A DNA stretch of 64,000 bases from Convolutriloba macropyga (GCF_964194025.1 NC_134471.1:26350001-26414000), one strand, 5' to 3'. Counted from the first letter of the stretch, positions 9,922 to 24,401 are shown. Numbers and translations: made by a program. Notes: generated from the sequence alone by a model not told the origin.

Positions 9922-12900
9922 CTGAGAGGAAATGAAACCAAAAGTACACATAAAAAGAATTAAACTTAGCAGAGGCTATTTAATTAAATTATATTTTGAC
10001 ATTCAATTTTTAATTATCTGAGAATGTAATTGTAGTATATCGTCAGTAAGATCTGACGAGTTGGACATAAACTTTAGGAAGAGAATATGATACTAAAGAA
10101 AACGACATTAAAACCCGAGTTTGTCGATGAGTCAGCGTTAATTTCATTCTTATTAGTTTCTGCCTCAAGAGGCCTAAGCCTCGATCCAAATCAACGACTT
10201 CAGTTTTAAGTATCTTCAAGGATCATTTTAAGGTCTATAATGTTCTCGCCAAACAGGTTTTTTTTCGTTGGTTTGTATTAAAAATATGATCACAATTTGG
10301 CTTACAATTGTAGGTCTGATTTCCTGGCATTTTTGGTTCTACTGATTTGATTGCTTCTGTTCTCAACACTTCTCGCAGAAGACTTCTGAAATAGAGAAAC
10401 ACAGTTGAATAGTCATGCTTTTTATCCTTCCCTTTTCTGATTTGATTGATTTATGATAAGAGTAGTGACCTCTTTTCTTTTGTGAGCATACTCCTGTTGT
10501 GATCTGGCACTCTCCTGGTTCAGACTCTTGAGTTGTTCGTCTTTCTTGTCCATCCTCCCGGACACCACTACAGTCAACATACAAGTTAAAACTGGAATAT
10601 AAACGTCAAAAAAGACATTAAACTATGATAACAAAAAAAAACAAAGGCTTTATTGATATGAACAGATATCAACAGTTGATATGCAACAGTTATCGTATTA
10701 CAAGATGGCGAATCTGCATGGACGACTATATGAAATCCGTCTAGCTTTTACCCACATAGCATAATCATGAGGAGAGAGGTGAACAACACAAGACAATCAT
10801 TCTGTAAAACAACTTCCCTTAGGCCCGCCTACATACCCAAATGAGCAGTTCATCATCGACAGTGTTGACAAAAATGCTTCTATATGTTGTCAAAAATAGC
10901 AGCCCAAGAAACTTCATGTGTTCTGTTGTACGTCTAAAACATTCTGAATACTGACTGACCTGATTCGAACTTTTTGAATGACTTTCTAATGGAGTATTGA
11001 TGTTTGTTGAGGTCGCCCTCCAGGCGTCTCAGGTCTCTCTTCTTGGCACGGGTCAGGGCTATGTTTTGCTAAACACAATAGAACCCTAACAGCCACAATT
11101 GATCTAACATAAATTGTTCTCAAGTGGAATGGACATTTGTTTGCAACTCGTATGTTATAAATTATGTTGCATAATATGACATCTACTCGACAGGTCATCA
11201 ATATCTCCCAGGGCCCTAGTCAAGTGAAATGGACAGTATCAGTACTATGATGTGTGGTGTAAATTAAGTGACTTACATAGCATTGGAAAACAGGGGGAAA
11301 CCTCAAAACGTAGTTTATGGAATCTATATAACTTTGTTAATAAAACAGAGCAAAAAGTTCCATGTTGTTCACAAAAGATTGTCCCACAAATTAGAAAGAA
11401 ATCACTTCAGTTTTCTTGGACTTCTAAAACAAAATTAGGATAGAATTTTAAAATGAAGCTCTGTAGTTTTCGAGTATGACATAAATCGGCTACGGTTAAA
11501 CCAATGGAATGGAGTGCCATGCCGCAGAACTAATTTACGCTGCGACTTAACGACAGTCATTCAAAACTTGAGGCCAGACAAAATTCAATGACCTCGTCTG
11601 ACCTCGCCTTTAACACAGACCTCGCCTTTTTTGAACGCACACACCTTAAATATTTTGGAATTTATATTTTAAGTTAATAGCAAAATTTTATAAACAAACT
11701 AGACAGGAATACATTTTAATATAGACTCAACTTGTATAGTAAACTGTCCATGTTAAGTTTTGTTTCGTTTGAACAACTCCTGTGCTCGATTCGATTGAAT
11801 CTGCTTTTCAATCGACAATTTTTTTGTTATCTTTTGAGCACCAAGTAAGTCTAGGTCAAAACCTCGGGTACGTTGCGCTCAAATATAAACATGCGCAAGC
11901 CACGGTTTCTTAACGAACCACATAAAGACCCTATTTACTAGCAGTAGCTAGTGCTAATTGGTCCAATTATTTAATTTTTAAAAATTGTAACAGCTGTAAA
12001 TGCTAACAGCTCTTAAAATTTTCAGACACTGACAGAAAAGTATGACAACAACAATAATTCCTGTAAACGTACCTCGATAGTTCTCAATTGCGTGTTCCTC
12101 TCCTCTTCGAGGTCTTTTGTGGTACTCAATGCATCTACCAGACTCCCAACGGACCTGGATCTCTTCACACCTCCAGATGGTTTCTCTGGTGGCAGGTACT
12201 TGGCTTCTCCGCTCCTCATTGAGTCTATCGCCCGGTTGTCAGGCCCAAATGCACGTTCTTGAGCTCTAGAATGTGGAAAAGTATAGAAATATTTTTAAAC
12301 TGAGAATTTGAATCGATAATTAAGTTGGTTGTCATATATATGGTTATCAACAGTATAAATAACAGTTTAATGATTATGACGTTAGCAGTCCATCTCATTT
12401 TCAACCCGTACATTTGGCATTTCTAGTAATTTGTGAATGGATGGTCGCAATTTTCAGTACAGAATAGCCTTAATTCTCCCCACTTTGATCAGGTACGAAC
12501 ATAATTTTGTTCGCCAGAGAGAAATTAAGAAGAACTAAAAAGTTAGTTTTGTACAACTCGTCCATGGCATGGTATGATAGTCCCAGTTTAGACTTAGACT
12601 TATGGAGAAACTCAAAGACTCTAATGTGGAGTTAACTTTTAGTAATATTACATTGTCCAGAACCCTAGTTAAAATCGAACCGAATTCTTTGCACTAACGG
12701 GGAAATAAGATTTCTATAAACAGGGAAAAATGTGCTAAGCAGGGAATGCGCATAAAGATCGAAAAATAAGATAAAACCGAGTTTAGGACAACTAGCATTG
12801 AATTTAACAGTATCACGTAAAAATATAGCAATTTGATTTAAAAAAATTTTTGAAATCCAATTGCAATAGAGACACTTTTCGTTTTATGATTACAAAATCA

Positions 12901-15900
12901 CACTCAGTATTCCAGTCTCACAGACCTCAAATAACTCTATTTTGAATATTTTTAGTCCTTAATTATTAAAAGAGAACAAAAATCATGCCAAATCGCAGCA
13001 ATAAAATTTTGAAGCAACAATTACATTAACTAATAAAATTGCTAAAAATAAAATTTGTTTTTGTAAAACGAAATGCTTCAGTCTGAGATAACATTTTAAC
13101 ATAATAAAGATTCCCTTCTTAAAAGATCTACATTAAACTGGTTTCAGCAAAGTCAATTGCATAAATACTGATCGTATGTTCTTCTTCTCATCAATTCTTC
13201 TCATATTTGTCTTCAATAGGCAAATTCCACGCATAAAATATTATCGCAGATCATTGACTCAAGAAGGCGTAGAAAAGTAAAAGACACTTCAGATTTTTTC
13301 AAAAGTAAAAATTGCGAACATAAACCACTAATTTAGGGCAAATTGCTCTCAGACGACTGACAAGCGGTTGGCTTCGTCAGCAGCTAACTGCGGCCTAATA
13401 AGGCTAGCTTAAGTTTAATTGAGGAGTTGGGTGAGAAGTGCATGATGAGCAGTGAACGGGGAAGGGTCGTGTGCCCGGTTGAATGAGGTGCGGTAGGGTT
13501 GATGAAGGGAAAAAGGGTAGAGTGGGGGTGAGTGGGGCGAGGGCAGGTGCTGAGTGGGCGGTAAAACTCTATAGAACCGCACTTTACACCATAAATTCAT
13601 GCCTCCTCATTGGAACCCAGGCGTTACGAGCATATCCCGTTCTTGACGGAAAGTAAAAAAAAATCAGAATATTCGACGAAAAGTTAGTAACACGAAGAAT
13701 TGCAAAAAACATCAGAACTAATATAGTTGCTACAAACATCGTTTCAGAGAATTTCAAAACTTTACAATAGCAGATTGAAACAATCTAGAGATCAATCAAC
13801 CGAATTAAATTTGAGAGCAAATGAAATTCTTACAGGTTCATAGCGACATTAAATATTTTCTCTTTTTTGCAGTTAAAATTGAACAAAAAGATTGACAAAA
13901 ATTCTCAGTTACAAAACAGCTTATACGACAGTTAAAAAGTGAAAACAATGGATGATTGTTAGGAGTGCATAATTTGTTTTTTGTTCATCCTTATAGTTTT
14001 TTGTTCTTATTTTTTCCAGCAAGCAATTGTACAAATGATGCTTTGAAGAGAAACAGCTTTTTGATTAAACTCTAAAGTGATAAAATCTTGAATTATGCAA
14101 TGCGAGGTTTGAATTGATTTCAATTCAGATTTAATTCGTAACTAATGAGTTTTCTGTCTGTTCAAAGTTGTACAGTTTTATCAGATTAAAATTTAGTGGA
14201 CACCTCTAAAACACAGAAAATTTTTTATTTAAAACAACCGTTTAGATTTACTATAATGAAACTTGTGAATAAATCAAACTTACAGACCGATAAAAACAAA
14301 AAAAGATGAATAATTATGACGCGATATCAAAATCTGTTATTTTGCAACATCGAAGGATATGTTAGTTGATAATTTTGTATTCAGATATATTTTTACGTGG
14401 AGATTAGAATACAGTTAACATCTTCATTCTAAATTTTAAATTGTTCTCTTCTAGAGCAGACACTTTGAGCTATCATACAAAGTTGTCACCTAAGCCATCA
14501 ACCCAAATAGTTCTCCGTATCAACTTTTCTGTAAATTTGTGTCCTCAAGTGATAAACCTCAACAATTTGTAGGAAGAGCAATACAGGGAACAAAATATCA
14601 ACCATCCCATTTCAAACAAAAGAAGTTATATAAAACATTCCACCAGCACAATGATCATGATTATGAAAAACAAACTTGAAAGCTTTCCGTTGAAATTAAT
14701 TATGTTTGATGCATTCAATAAACAGCAGAGTATGTTCTATGTGCGAAGAATACGCTTTTGCACAATGCAATCAAAGCTTAATATTTGTGAAAATCTAGCT
14801 TATCTGAAATTTCTGAAACAAGGGAAAAAACTGAATGAGAGGCACAAATTGAGATTGCTATGACAGTTATTGTTTAAATAGGAGGAATTTTTAATTCTTA
14901 AAATCTTTTTTAATTTGAAATTTGGGATCTTTCGAACAATTACCCCACTTTTCCAAGGGGGGGGGGGGGGTTGGGCAATTTATTAACCAATCAGAGCCGA
15001 CTGCTAAATATCAACGTATACGCATACTATGTTAAACTGAGGAGAACAAAAGAGGCCATGCAGTCACAATCAGCCAAATTGGAATATAAAGCGAAATAAA
15101 TTTCCAACTGGCGGGTCAGTGGGCGCGCTTCGTTAACAAAAATTGACAATTTTTGAAAAGATCCAAAATTTGTTCAAACGCATACTATTTGCAAGTTAGC
15201 GGGAAATTCCGGAAGGGAAGAAAGCAAAAGAAAACGTTTTAAGAGTTTGCGAGCTCATATAATACCTGAGATTAAAATGCTATAAAAGATTGTTCTGTAT
15301 AACAATTTTTGGGGCTGGCAAATTAAAGTTCAAAATTTGAACCAATCGAGAAACTTGTGATTGTTCCGGCCCACTTTATTGGGGGAGAAACTATATTCCA
15401 AACTCGTTATTTATTGTTTAGTCAATTTTAGCCGATCGATATATTCATAGTTCTGAAGTTCAACATTGGAAAGCTTGCCAAAACGTAGAATATTAAATTA
15501 ACAAGGGTTCTCTTTTATTTTCAATTTTTGAGAGGAATTAGGAAGGCAGTTTTGAGGTTTTTTGAACGTTAGCCTCACTTATGTATTTTTGTTTGCATTT
15601 TCACAGCATTTGCATAAACATTTAATTAATTTTACTACAAAAAACGATGAAATTGATAAAGAGTGTCATTGGTTGTAGCTTTTGACGATAAAAGAGTTGC
15701 TGAACTGTTCAGAACAACACTTTTGACTAAAATTTGGGCTAATATTTGAGAAATTCGGCAGATTTTTCATATTTTCTTTTTCTTGATAATGGCACCAAAT
15801 ATGCTTCTTTAGTCCAATTTGACCAAATTGTCCAAAGAGACAAAAAAATTGACGAAATAGTTCTTGTTCATCCAGATGATGGTTGCTTTTATCTCCGTTT

Positions 15901-18900
15901 CTTAACAAAATATTCCTGAACTAACAATTTGGCGGACTTTATCTATTTTAAAGTGATATTTATCAAAAATACATAACTTATATTTGATATATTAATATTA
16001 CCGTCTGCCAACATATCTATTACACAATTAGTTGGTAAAATAACGTTATTAATTAGCTGAGCAGCGATAACAAGTCCTTTTGCAATGAAAAAGTATCCGG
16101 ATTGTATTTAAACTCTGTACTTTGTAAAATATTTCTTGCATTTTTTCATCCGCCCTTTCAACCTTCCATTTAGAGGTTCAGTCACTGAGAGGTTCCATTC
16201 ATGATCAAACGAGAACCAATTTAATTTTTTGAGTGTCTTCTGAGTAAAGCTCATAGTTTGTCTCCCACGAACTTGAAGTAAATGCTTATTGAGTTCTTAT
16301 GTTTTACCAGCATAGGTTGTTCTTTTTGCTGTCTTATGATAGAGTCTAACCAATCAAAAGTCTACTTCGCTTTCTAATCGAATTCTTCAGCTGATACCTA
16401 ATGGATTTTCAATCAAACAACCTGACAACTATCCAAAATTCATAATTTATTAATCATCAAATTCATCATTTGGAACAATTTGTTTTAAGGGACAAAAAAC
16501 AGAAAAAGGACAGTTCACGTCTAAGATACTGTTATAGCTTTTATTTATTTTAATTAAATACCAGAATTATATCAAAGCAAAACTCACATAGTGATAGATC
16601 AAATTTAAGTGCAAATGAAGCCCAACGTACATTAAAATTTCGGCGAAAAGAGTAGTTTTTAACCTTTATTACTCTGTTTAAGTAAAATTGTTTGCAATTT
16701 GAAGTCTACCTGTGCTTGTTGCTATCTATTTGGTCTTTTGACTTAAACACACTAATGAGTTGATAATTGGATTCCCAAACACTAAAATGTTCATCTAAAA
16801 AATTTCTTAGTTGAACACTTTCGCTTGTTATAATTTAGGATTTTAATAAATTCGTTTTCAAAAAAAATTATTGTTTTTTATATTTTGCCAAATTTTATCA
16901 CATTTTTTTCACATTGTAGCGCGGTGTCGACAAGTCATTTTTTTAAATGACTCAGTTTTGTTTGCTCTTTCATCATTAGAAAAACTGTTTTTTCGCCTTG
17001 ATACTACCTTTATATATTCTTGGACATTTTCAAGCTTAAAGGTAACTTTTCTGTCTTGTCCGATGGTCGCATTAAGCACAAGTCATATGACACATAAGTG
17101 GCGTTTAAAGAATGCGCAATTGGCCATATTTAGTTTTTTTATGATCAATAGATTATGATTTTAAAGGCGTCGACTCCATTTTCTCGCTAAACATAAGTGA
17201 CTGTTTGATTTTGCATGTATTTGTTCATTTTGTGGTCGCATAACATTCTTAATAATGACAAGTCTCAAGGGCTTCCTATTGAGGTATAAATTGAGTTTTG
17301 GTTGTAATCAATGTTAATTGTTTTCATCTGATTTTGTTTTTTGTCTTGACTCTATTTTTCTGTAATGGCAGGTATCATCGCTCCTCTAATGAGGAATTCT
17401 TTATTTTGCTTATTTTTGTAATTTTTTTGCGATTTTTTGAATACATCAATTATTTTTGAACAATTCATGAATTCTTGAAAGCTTCCTATCTCTTCCTCAT
17501 CTAATAGGCAATTAAGTCAAAAATGTGGTTGAGCTGGGTCGGAACATTATGTGCAAACGCACATTACCGAGTTTCCTTGCTTTGTTTTTACCTACAAAGG
17601 CTAATTAAAAAGCTGATCGTGACATTTAAGAAATGAGTTGTGTTCCTAATATGAAAAGTTGAATTTTTTAATTCCTAGCAATTAATTCCTGTATTTTAAT
17701 TCCTAACAAAAAATGATCAAAATACCCAGAATTTTATGGAAAAAATTTCCAACAGAAAATATTGCGAGCTTTTTATTTGCTACCAGGTTCTAGAATATCC
17801 CTTTCGGCAAATTTTGAGCATGCTTAATTTTTTAAAATCAAAAGTACATTGCTGTACATACTTTTATAAACAATGAAAAGTAGATCGTTTTAAGAATTTG
17901 CATCAAATTTGTAGTTTGATTTTGTCTGGTTTAAGAAAATATATAATGAAACTCAAGACTGCAAATTGACCTGAACTTTGAGCCATTTCTTCAGCTTTTA
18001 GGTGTACTTAACTGGATCTTGATGATATATTTGCTTTATTTGTTGTCTCTGAGCAAGGTGAATCATAAGACCCTCTTAATCAGAATGTCGACATCAGAAT
18101 GCTCAATCAAATTTGCACGATGAGCGGTGAACGGTCGTGTGCTGGGTTGAATGAGGTGGGGTAGGGTGGATGAAGGGAGGAAGGGTAGAGTGGGGGTGAG
18201 TGGGGCAAGGGCAGGTGTTGAGTGGGCGGTAAAACTCTATAGAACCGCACTTTACACCATAAATTCATGTCTCCTCATTGGAACCCAGCCGTTACGAGCA
18301 TATCCCGTTCTTGACGAAAAAAAGTAAAAAAAAATCAGAATATCCGACGAAAAGTTAGTAACACGAAGAATTGCAAAAAACAGCAGAACTAATATAGTTG
18401 CTACAAACATCGTTTCAGAGAATTTCATAATTTTACAATAGCAGATTGAAACAATCTAGAGATAAATCAACCGAATTAAATTTGAGAGTAAATGAAATTC
18501 TTACAGGTTCATAGCGACATTAAATATTTTCTCTTTTTTGCAGTTAAGATTGAATAAAACGATTGACAAAAATTCTCAGTTACAAAACAGCTTTTAGCAC
18601 AGTTAAAAAGTGAAAACAATGGATGGTTGTTAAGCGTGCATAACATAAATTGATTTCCGGCATCCTTATAGTTTTTTGTTCTTATTTTTTCCAGCAAGCA
18701 ATCATACAAAAAATAATGCTTTGAAGAGAAACAGCTTTTTGATTAAACTCTAAAGTGATAAAATCTTGAAATATGCAATGCGAGGTTTGAATTGATTTCA
18801 ACTCAGGTTTAATTCGTAACTAATTAATTTTCTGTCTGTTCAAAGTTGTACAGTTTTATCAGATTAAAATTTAGTGACACCTCTAAAACACAGAAAATTT

Positions 18901-21900
18901 TTTATTTAAAACAACCGTTTAGATTTACTATAATGAAACTTATGAATAAATCAATTTTACAGACCGATAAAAACGAAAAAAGATGAATAATTATGTCGCG
19001 GTATCAAAATCTGTTATTTTGCAACATCGAAGGATTTTTTAGTTGATCATTTTGTATTTAGATATATTTTTACGTGGAGATTAGAATATAGTAATCATCT
19101 TCAATCTAAATTTTAAATCGTTCTCTTCAAGAGCAGACATTTTGAGCTATCATACAAACTTGTCACCTAAACTATCAACCCAAACACAGTTGATAGTTCT
19201 CCGTATCAACTTTTCTGTAAATTTGTGTCCTCAAGTGATAAACCTCAACAATTTGTAGGAAGAGCAATACAGGGAACAAAATATCAACCATCCCATTTCA
19301 AACAAAAGAAGTTATATAAAACATTCCACCAGCACAATGATCATGATTATGAAAAACAAACTTGAAAGCTTTCCGTTGAAATTAATTATGTTTGATGCAT
19401 TCAATAAACAGCAGAGTATGTTCTATGTGCGAAGAATACGCTTTTGCACAATGCAATCAAAGCTTAATATTTGTGAAAATCTAGCTTATCTGAAATTTCT
19501 GAAACAAGGGAAAAAATCTGAAATTTCTGAAACAAGGGAGAAAAACAAATTGAGATTGCTATGACAGTTATTGTTTAAATAGGAGGAATTTTTAATTCTT
19601 AAAATCTTTTTTAATTTGAAATTTGGGATCTTTCGAACAATTACCCCACGTTTCCAAGGGGGGGTTGGGCAATTTATTAACCAATCAGAGCCGACTGCTA
19701 AATATCAACGTATACGCATACTATGTTAAACTGAAGAGAACAAAAGAGGCCATGCAGTCACAATCAGCCAAATTGGAATATAAAGCGAAATAAATTTCCA
19801 ACTGGCGGGTCAGTGGGCGCGCTTCGTTAACAAAAATTGACAATTTTTGAAAAGATCCAAAATTTGTTCAAACGCATACTATTTGCAAGTTAGCGGGAAA
19901 TTCCGGAAGGGAAGAAAGCAAAAGAAAACGTTTTAGGAGTTTGCGAGCTCATATAATACCTGAGATTAAAATGCTATAAAAGATTGTTCTGTATAACAAT
20001 TTTTGGGGCTGGCAAATTAAAGTTCAAAATTTGAACCAATCGAGAAACTTGTGATTGTTCCGGCCCACTTTATTGGGGGAGAAACTATATTCCAAACTCG
20101 TTATTTATTGTTTAGTCAATTTTAGCCGATCGATATATTCATAGTTCTGAAGTTCAACATTGGAAAGCTTGCCAAAACGTAGAATATTAAATTAACAAGG
20201 GTTCTCTTTTATTTTCAATTTTTGAGAGGAATTAAGAAGGCAGTTTTGAGGTTTTTTGAACGTTAGCCTCACTTATGTATTTTTGTTTGCATTTTCACAG
20301 CATTTGCATAAACATTTAATTAATTTTACTACAAAAAACGATGAAATTGATAAAGAGTGTCATTGGTTGTAGCTTTTGACGATAAAAGAGTTGCTGAACT
20401 GTTCAGAACAACACTTTTGACTAAAATTTGGGCTAATATTTGAGAAATTCGGCAGATTTTTCATGTTTTCTTTTTCTTGAAAATGGCATCAAATATGCTT
20501 CTTTAGTCCAATTTGACCAAATTGTCCAAAGAGACAAAAAAATGACGAAATAGTTCTTGTTCATCCAGATGATGGTTGTTTTTATCTCCGTTTCTTAACA
20601 AAATATTCCTGAACTAACAATTTGGCGGACTTTATCTATTTTAAAGTGATATTTATCAAAAATACATAACTTATATTTGATATATTAATATTACCGTCTG
20701 CCAACATATCTATTACACAATTACTCGGTACAATAACGTTATTAATTAGCTGAGCAGCGATAACAAGTCCTTTTGCAATGAAAAAGTATCCGGATCGTAT
20801 TTAAACTCTGTACTTTGTAAAATGTTTCGTGCATTTTTTCATCCGGCCTATCAACCTTCCATTTAGAGGTTCAGTCACTGAGAGGTTCCATTCATGATCA
20901 AACGAGAACCAATTTAATTTTTTTTGTCTTCTGAGTAAAGCTCATAGTTTGTCTCCCACGAACTTGAAGTAAATGCTTATTGAGTTCTTATGTTTTACCA
21001 GCATAGGTTGTTCTTTTTGCAGTCTTATGATAGAGAGTAATCAATCAAAAGTCTACTTCGCTATCTAATCGAATTCTTCAGCTGATACCTAATGGATTTT
21101 CAATCAAACAACCTGACAACTATCCAAAATTCATAATTTATTCATCATCAAATTCATCATTTGGAACAATTTGTTTTAAGGGACAAAAAGCAGAAAAAGG
21201 ACAGTTCACGTCTAAGATACTGTTATAGCTTTTCTTTATTTTAAAGAAATACCAGAATTATATCAAAGCAAAAATCACATAGTGATAGATCAAATTTAAG
21301 TGCAAATGAAGCCCAACGTACATTAAAATTTCAGCGAAAAGAGTAGTTGTTAACCTTTATTACTCTGTTTAAGTAAAATTGTTTCTAATTTGAAGTCTAC
21401 CTGTGCTCGTTGCTATCTATTTGGTCTTCTTTTGACTTAAACACACTAATGAGTTGATAATTGGATTCCCAAGCACTAAAATGTTCATCTAAAAAAATTT
21501 CTTAGTTGAACACTTTCGCTTGTTATGATTTAGGATTTTAATAAATTCGTTTTCAAAAGAAATTATTGTTTTTTATATTTTGCCAATTTTTATCACATTT
21601 TTTTCACATTGTAGCGCGGTCTCGACAAGTCATTTTTTACATGAATCAGTTTTGTTTGCTCTTTCATCATTAGAAAAACTGTTTTTTCGCCTTGATACTA
21701 CAAGTTTTCATAACCTTTATATATTCTGCGACATTTTCAAGTTTAAAGGTAACTTTTCTGTCTTGTCAGATGGTCGCATTAAGCACAAGTCATATGACAC
21801 ATAAGTGGCGTTTAAAGAAGGCGCAATTGGCCATATTTAGTTTTTTTATGATCAATAGATTATGATTTTAAAGGCATCGACTCCATTTTCTCGCTAAACA

Positions 21901-23014
21901 TAAGTGACTGTTTGATTTTGCATGTATTTGTTCTTTTTGTGGTCGCATAACATTTTGAATAATGACAAGTCTCAAGGGCTTCCTATTGAGGTATAAATTG
22001 AGTTTTGGTTGTAATCAATGTTAATTGTTTTCATTTGATTTTGTTTTTTGTCTTGACTCTTTTTTTCTGTAATGGCAGGTATCATCGCTCCTCTAATGAG
22101 GAATTCTTTATTTTGCTTATTTTTGTAATTTTTTTGCGATTTTTTGAATACATCAATTAGTTTTGAACAGTTTATGAATTCTTGAAAGTTTCCTATCTCT
22201 TCCTCATCTAATAGGCAATTAAGTCAAAAATGTGGTTGAGCTGGGTCGGAACATTATGTGCAAACGCACATTACCGAGTCTCCTTGCTTTGTTTTTACCT
22301 ACAAAAGCTAATTAAAAAGCTGATCGTGACATTTAAGAAATGAGTTGTGTTCCTAATATGAAAAGTTGAATTTTTTCTTTCTGCTTTTCTTGCGTATTTT
22401 AATTCCTAACAAAAAATGATCAAAATACCCAGAATTTTATGGAAAAAATTTCCAACAGAAAATATTGCGAGCTTTTTATTTGCTACCAGGTTCTAGAATA
22501 TCCCTTTCGGCAAATTTTGAGCATGCTTAATTTTTTTAAATCAAAAGTACATTGCTGTACATACTTTTATAATCAATGAAAAGTAGATCGTTTTAACAAT
22601 TTGCATCAAATTTGTAGTTTGATTTTGTCTGGTTTAAGAAAATATATAATGAAACTCAAGACTGCAAATTGACCTGAACTTTGAGCCATTTCTTCAGCTT
22701 TTAGGTGTACTTAACTGGATCTTGATGATATATTTGCTTTATTTGTTGTCTCTGAGCAAGGTGAATCATAAGACCCTCTTAATCAGAATGTCGACATCAG
22801 AATGTTCACATCGATAAATTGATTACCTTAAGAATTCGGCATATGTTAAAGGTTTGCGTCGCCTCCTTGATGACAGGTCGCCCCTCTCCCCCGAGGGGTC
22901 ACTCTCATACCCCCCAGCTGTGGAACCCGCTTCGGACTCCGTGTCGTCATCAGTGTCATAATCAGGACCCCCAATCCGCTCCAGTGGGGTCAACTTCGAC
23001 CGGGCAAAAACCAT
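9813..23014 (-). CDS. Uncharacterised coiled-coil protein gene, exons 23014-22827, 12265-12073, 11068-10960, 10567-10470, 10385-10306, 9921-9813; 3' part not found in the window
   Basis: All junctions are GT-AG and intron phases chain correctly (2,0,1,0,2,0) into one open frame: MVFARSKLTPLERIGGPDYD...FLR/AQERAFGPD...LRTIE/QNIALTRAKK...KFES/VVSGRMDKK...KRKE/KSSARSVE...DLQL/STVEKAYKAKMAELNLKQLEIQRITDEFTQKLKRKE. Confidence 0.8.
10306..10385 (-). CDS. Coiled-coil gene exon 5
   Basis: Acceptor TTTCAG after an 84-nt intron, donor GTAAGC, 80 nt open. Confidence 0.78.
10470..10567 (-). CDS. Coiled-coil gene exon 4
   Basis: Acceptor CTGTAG, donor GTCACT, 98 nt open. Confidence 0.75.
10960..11068 (-). 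CDS. Coiled-coil gene exon 3
   Basis: Acceptor GTTTAG, donor GTCAGT, 109 nt open. Confidence 0.8.
12073..12265 (-). CDS. Coiled-coil gene exon 2
   Basis: Acceptor TTCTAG, donor GTACGT, 193 nt open. Confidence 0.8.
15361..17585 (+). mobile_element. Helentron/DINE-1-like non-autonomous element (HINE-like), copy A1
   Basis: 5' TTGTTCCGGCCC; near the 3' end the inverted GGGTCGGAACA (17536-17546), then hairpin ATGTGC-AAAC-GCACAT, then CCTTG and a T-run. Confidence 0.6.
20055..22292 (+). mobile_element. HINE-like element, copy A2 (duplicate of 15361-17585)
   Basis: Same subterminal inverted repeats and 3' hairpin (22243-22271). Confidence 0.6.
22827..23014 (-). CDS. Coiled-coil gene exon 1 (start codon)
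   Basis: ATG at 23014; donor GTAATC after AG (phase 2). Confidence 0.7.
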
Positions 23015-24296
23015 GTTATAATGGTAGTTATAACTACTAACTCAATATTAAAGAAACTGTTTGAAGGCTCAAATTTTGATTATTTGGAATTAATTCGCAC
23101 TGTTTTCGAACCAATAAAACGTTTCAGAAAAAAGCTGGATGTGAAGAAATTTTGTCTCAACGATAAAAATTTTGCCGTTACCAATTAGAAATAACTGCAA
23201 ATTAAAAAATGAAAATTTGAACTGACAGCAGATATCAGATAATAAAAACCTGGAGGAAAAGATTGGGAGCAGAAAATTTTTTTGCCAAGTTTTTTTTAAC
23301 TAAATGATCAGATTTGGTAGATAACAAAAATACAATAGCTGGAGTCTATTATTGCAACTTGTTTCAAGAAAGGGTTGTTCCAATCTTGAAAGCGATAATT
23401 CTCATCTGATCTCAACAGAAAAAACAACAGAAAACATAAAAGCCAGATAGCTTAAAGCAATCACGGAAAGTGCACCTTAAATTTGTTGATTTGTAATAAT
23501 AAACAAACACATCAATTAAATTTCAAATCATTCAACCATGAAGCCAAAGAACAGAAATAGCGGAAATCGATCAAAATTTTAGGCGCCGAATTTTGGTATG
23601 AATTTTCCACAATTATGCCATCACAATTTTTCATTAATGGTATTAACGTTTTTCACCCGGCATTCGCTTGTTAATATTAATATAAGCTACAAGAAGAAAG
23701 ACCGCAAAAGCGAGAAATAATAATTACACGTGCGTTTTCGCAGCTGCGCCAGAACTAAAACCAAAACGCATTAATCCCCCTACGGTTCAAATACAACTAC
23801 ATACAACAGTACTGCAGCGTTTTTGTACCTTTCATTGTATATTAAGTGTATTACACACCAAATCTTCAGCCGAGCAGATTATTTTCAGAGCGAAAACAAA
23901 AAATTCGAGAGATATTTTGTAGCATTTGTTCGCGCGTGCTTAGCTGAAGGAAAATTACGCTTTCCAGGTATAAATATATGCATATTGTTTTGGTACGAAT
24001 TACCAGCACGTGAGATTTTGTCAATTTTGATGCAACGATGCTGGTCGTTTTATAAATTATTCAAAGCATTTTGAAGAGTTGCAATTACATACAGCCATAT
24101 TTAAAAAGAAAATAGAAAGTTCGGAGCGTTACAGGTACAACAGAGCACAACTTTCAACGTTTAATTTTACTCAACAATTTTCGCAGAGCTTTTATAGCAC
24201 AAAGTTCCCTGCAAAAAAACCAATTTTTTCTTCGTTTTATACCAAACTTTATTTTAAATTGTAGTCACAGACCAGACAGAAAAAGAAGGACTAGAA
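23015..24296. promoter_or_regulatory. Probable shared bidirectional promoter region
   Basis: Two divergent start codons 1.28 kb apart; locally CpG-richer; CACGTG at ~23727 and ~24007. No transcription start site can be seen. Confidence 0.45.
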
Positions 24297-24401
24297 ATGG
24301 AGGAAGAGAATCTGGGAGGCGATACGATGATCTCTGACTTTGCTACTTACGAGGACTTTTTAGATGCTCAGATCACAGTCGCAGATCTTTTCTATTTGGA
24401 G
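24297..24401 (+). CDS. CFAP299: CFAP299 exon 1
   Basis: ATG 24297, donor GTAAGA. Confidence 0.9.

Larger units (their letters stand above)
13439..22808. repeat. Head-to-tail tandem duplication, ~4.7-kb unit (13439-18105 and 18114-22808), inside intron 1 of the coiled-coil gene
   Basis: Collinear high-identity copies (e.g. ORF MIMIMKNKLE at 14651 and 19337) with an 8-nt filler at the junction. Confidence 0.93.

Noticed and set aside
11755-11880. Possible extra exon of the coiled-coil gene (DLLGAQKITKK...)
   Set aside because: The frame ends in a stop without a donor and does not fit the phases; exons 2 and 3 join correctly without it.
14651-19564. Duplicated ORFs MIMIMKNKLE... as a gene pair
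   Set aside because: Identity is explained by the 4.7-kb duplication; AT-rich non-coding composition, and the C-termini differ by a local 30-bp duplication.
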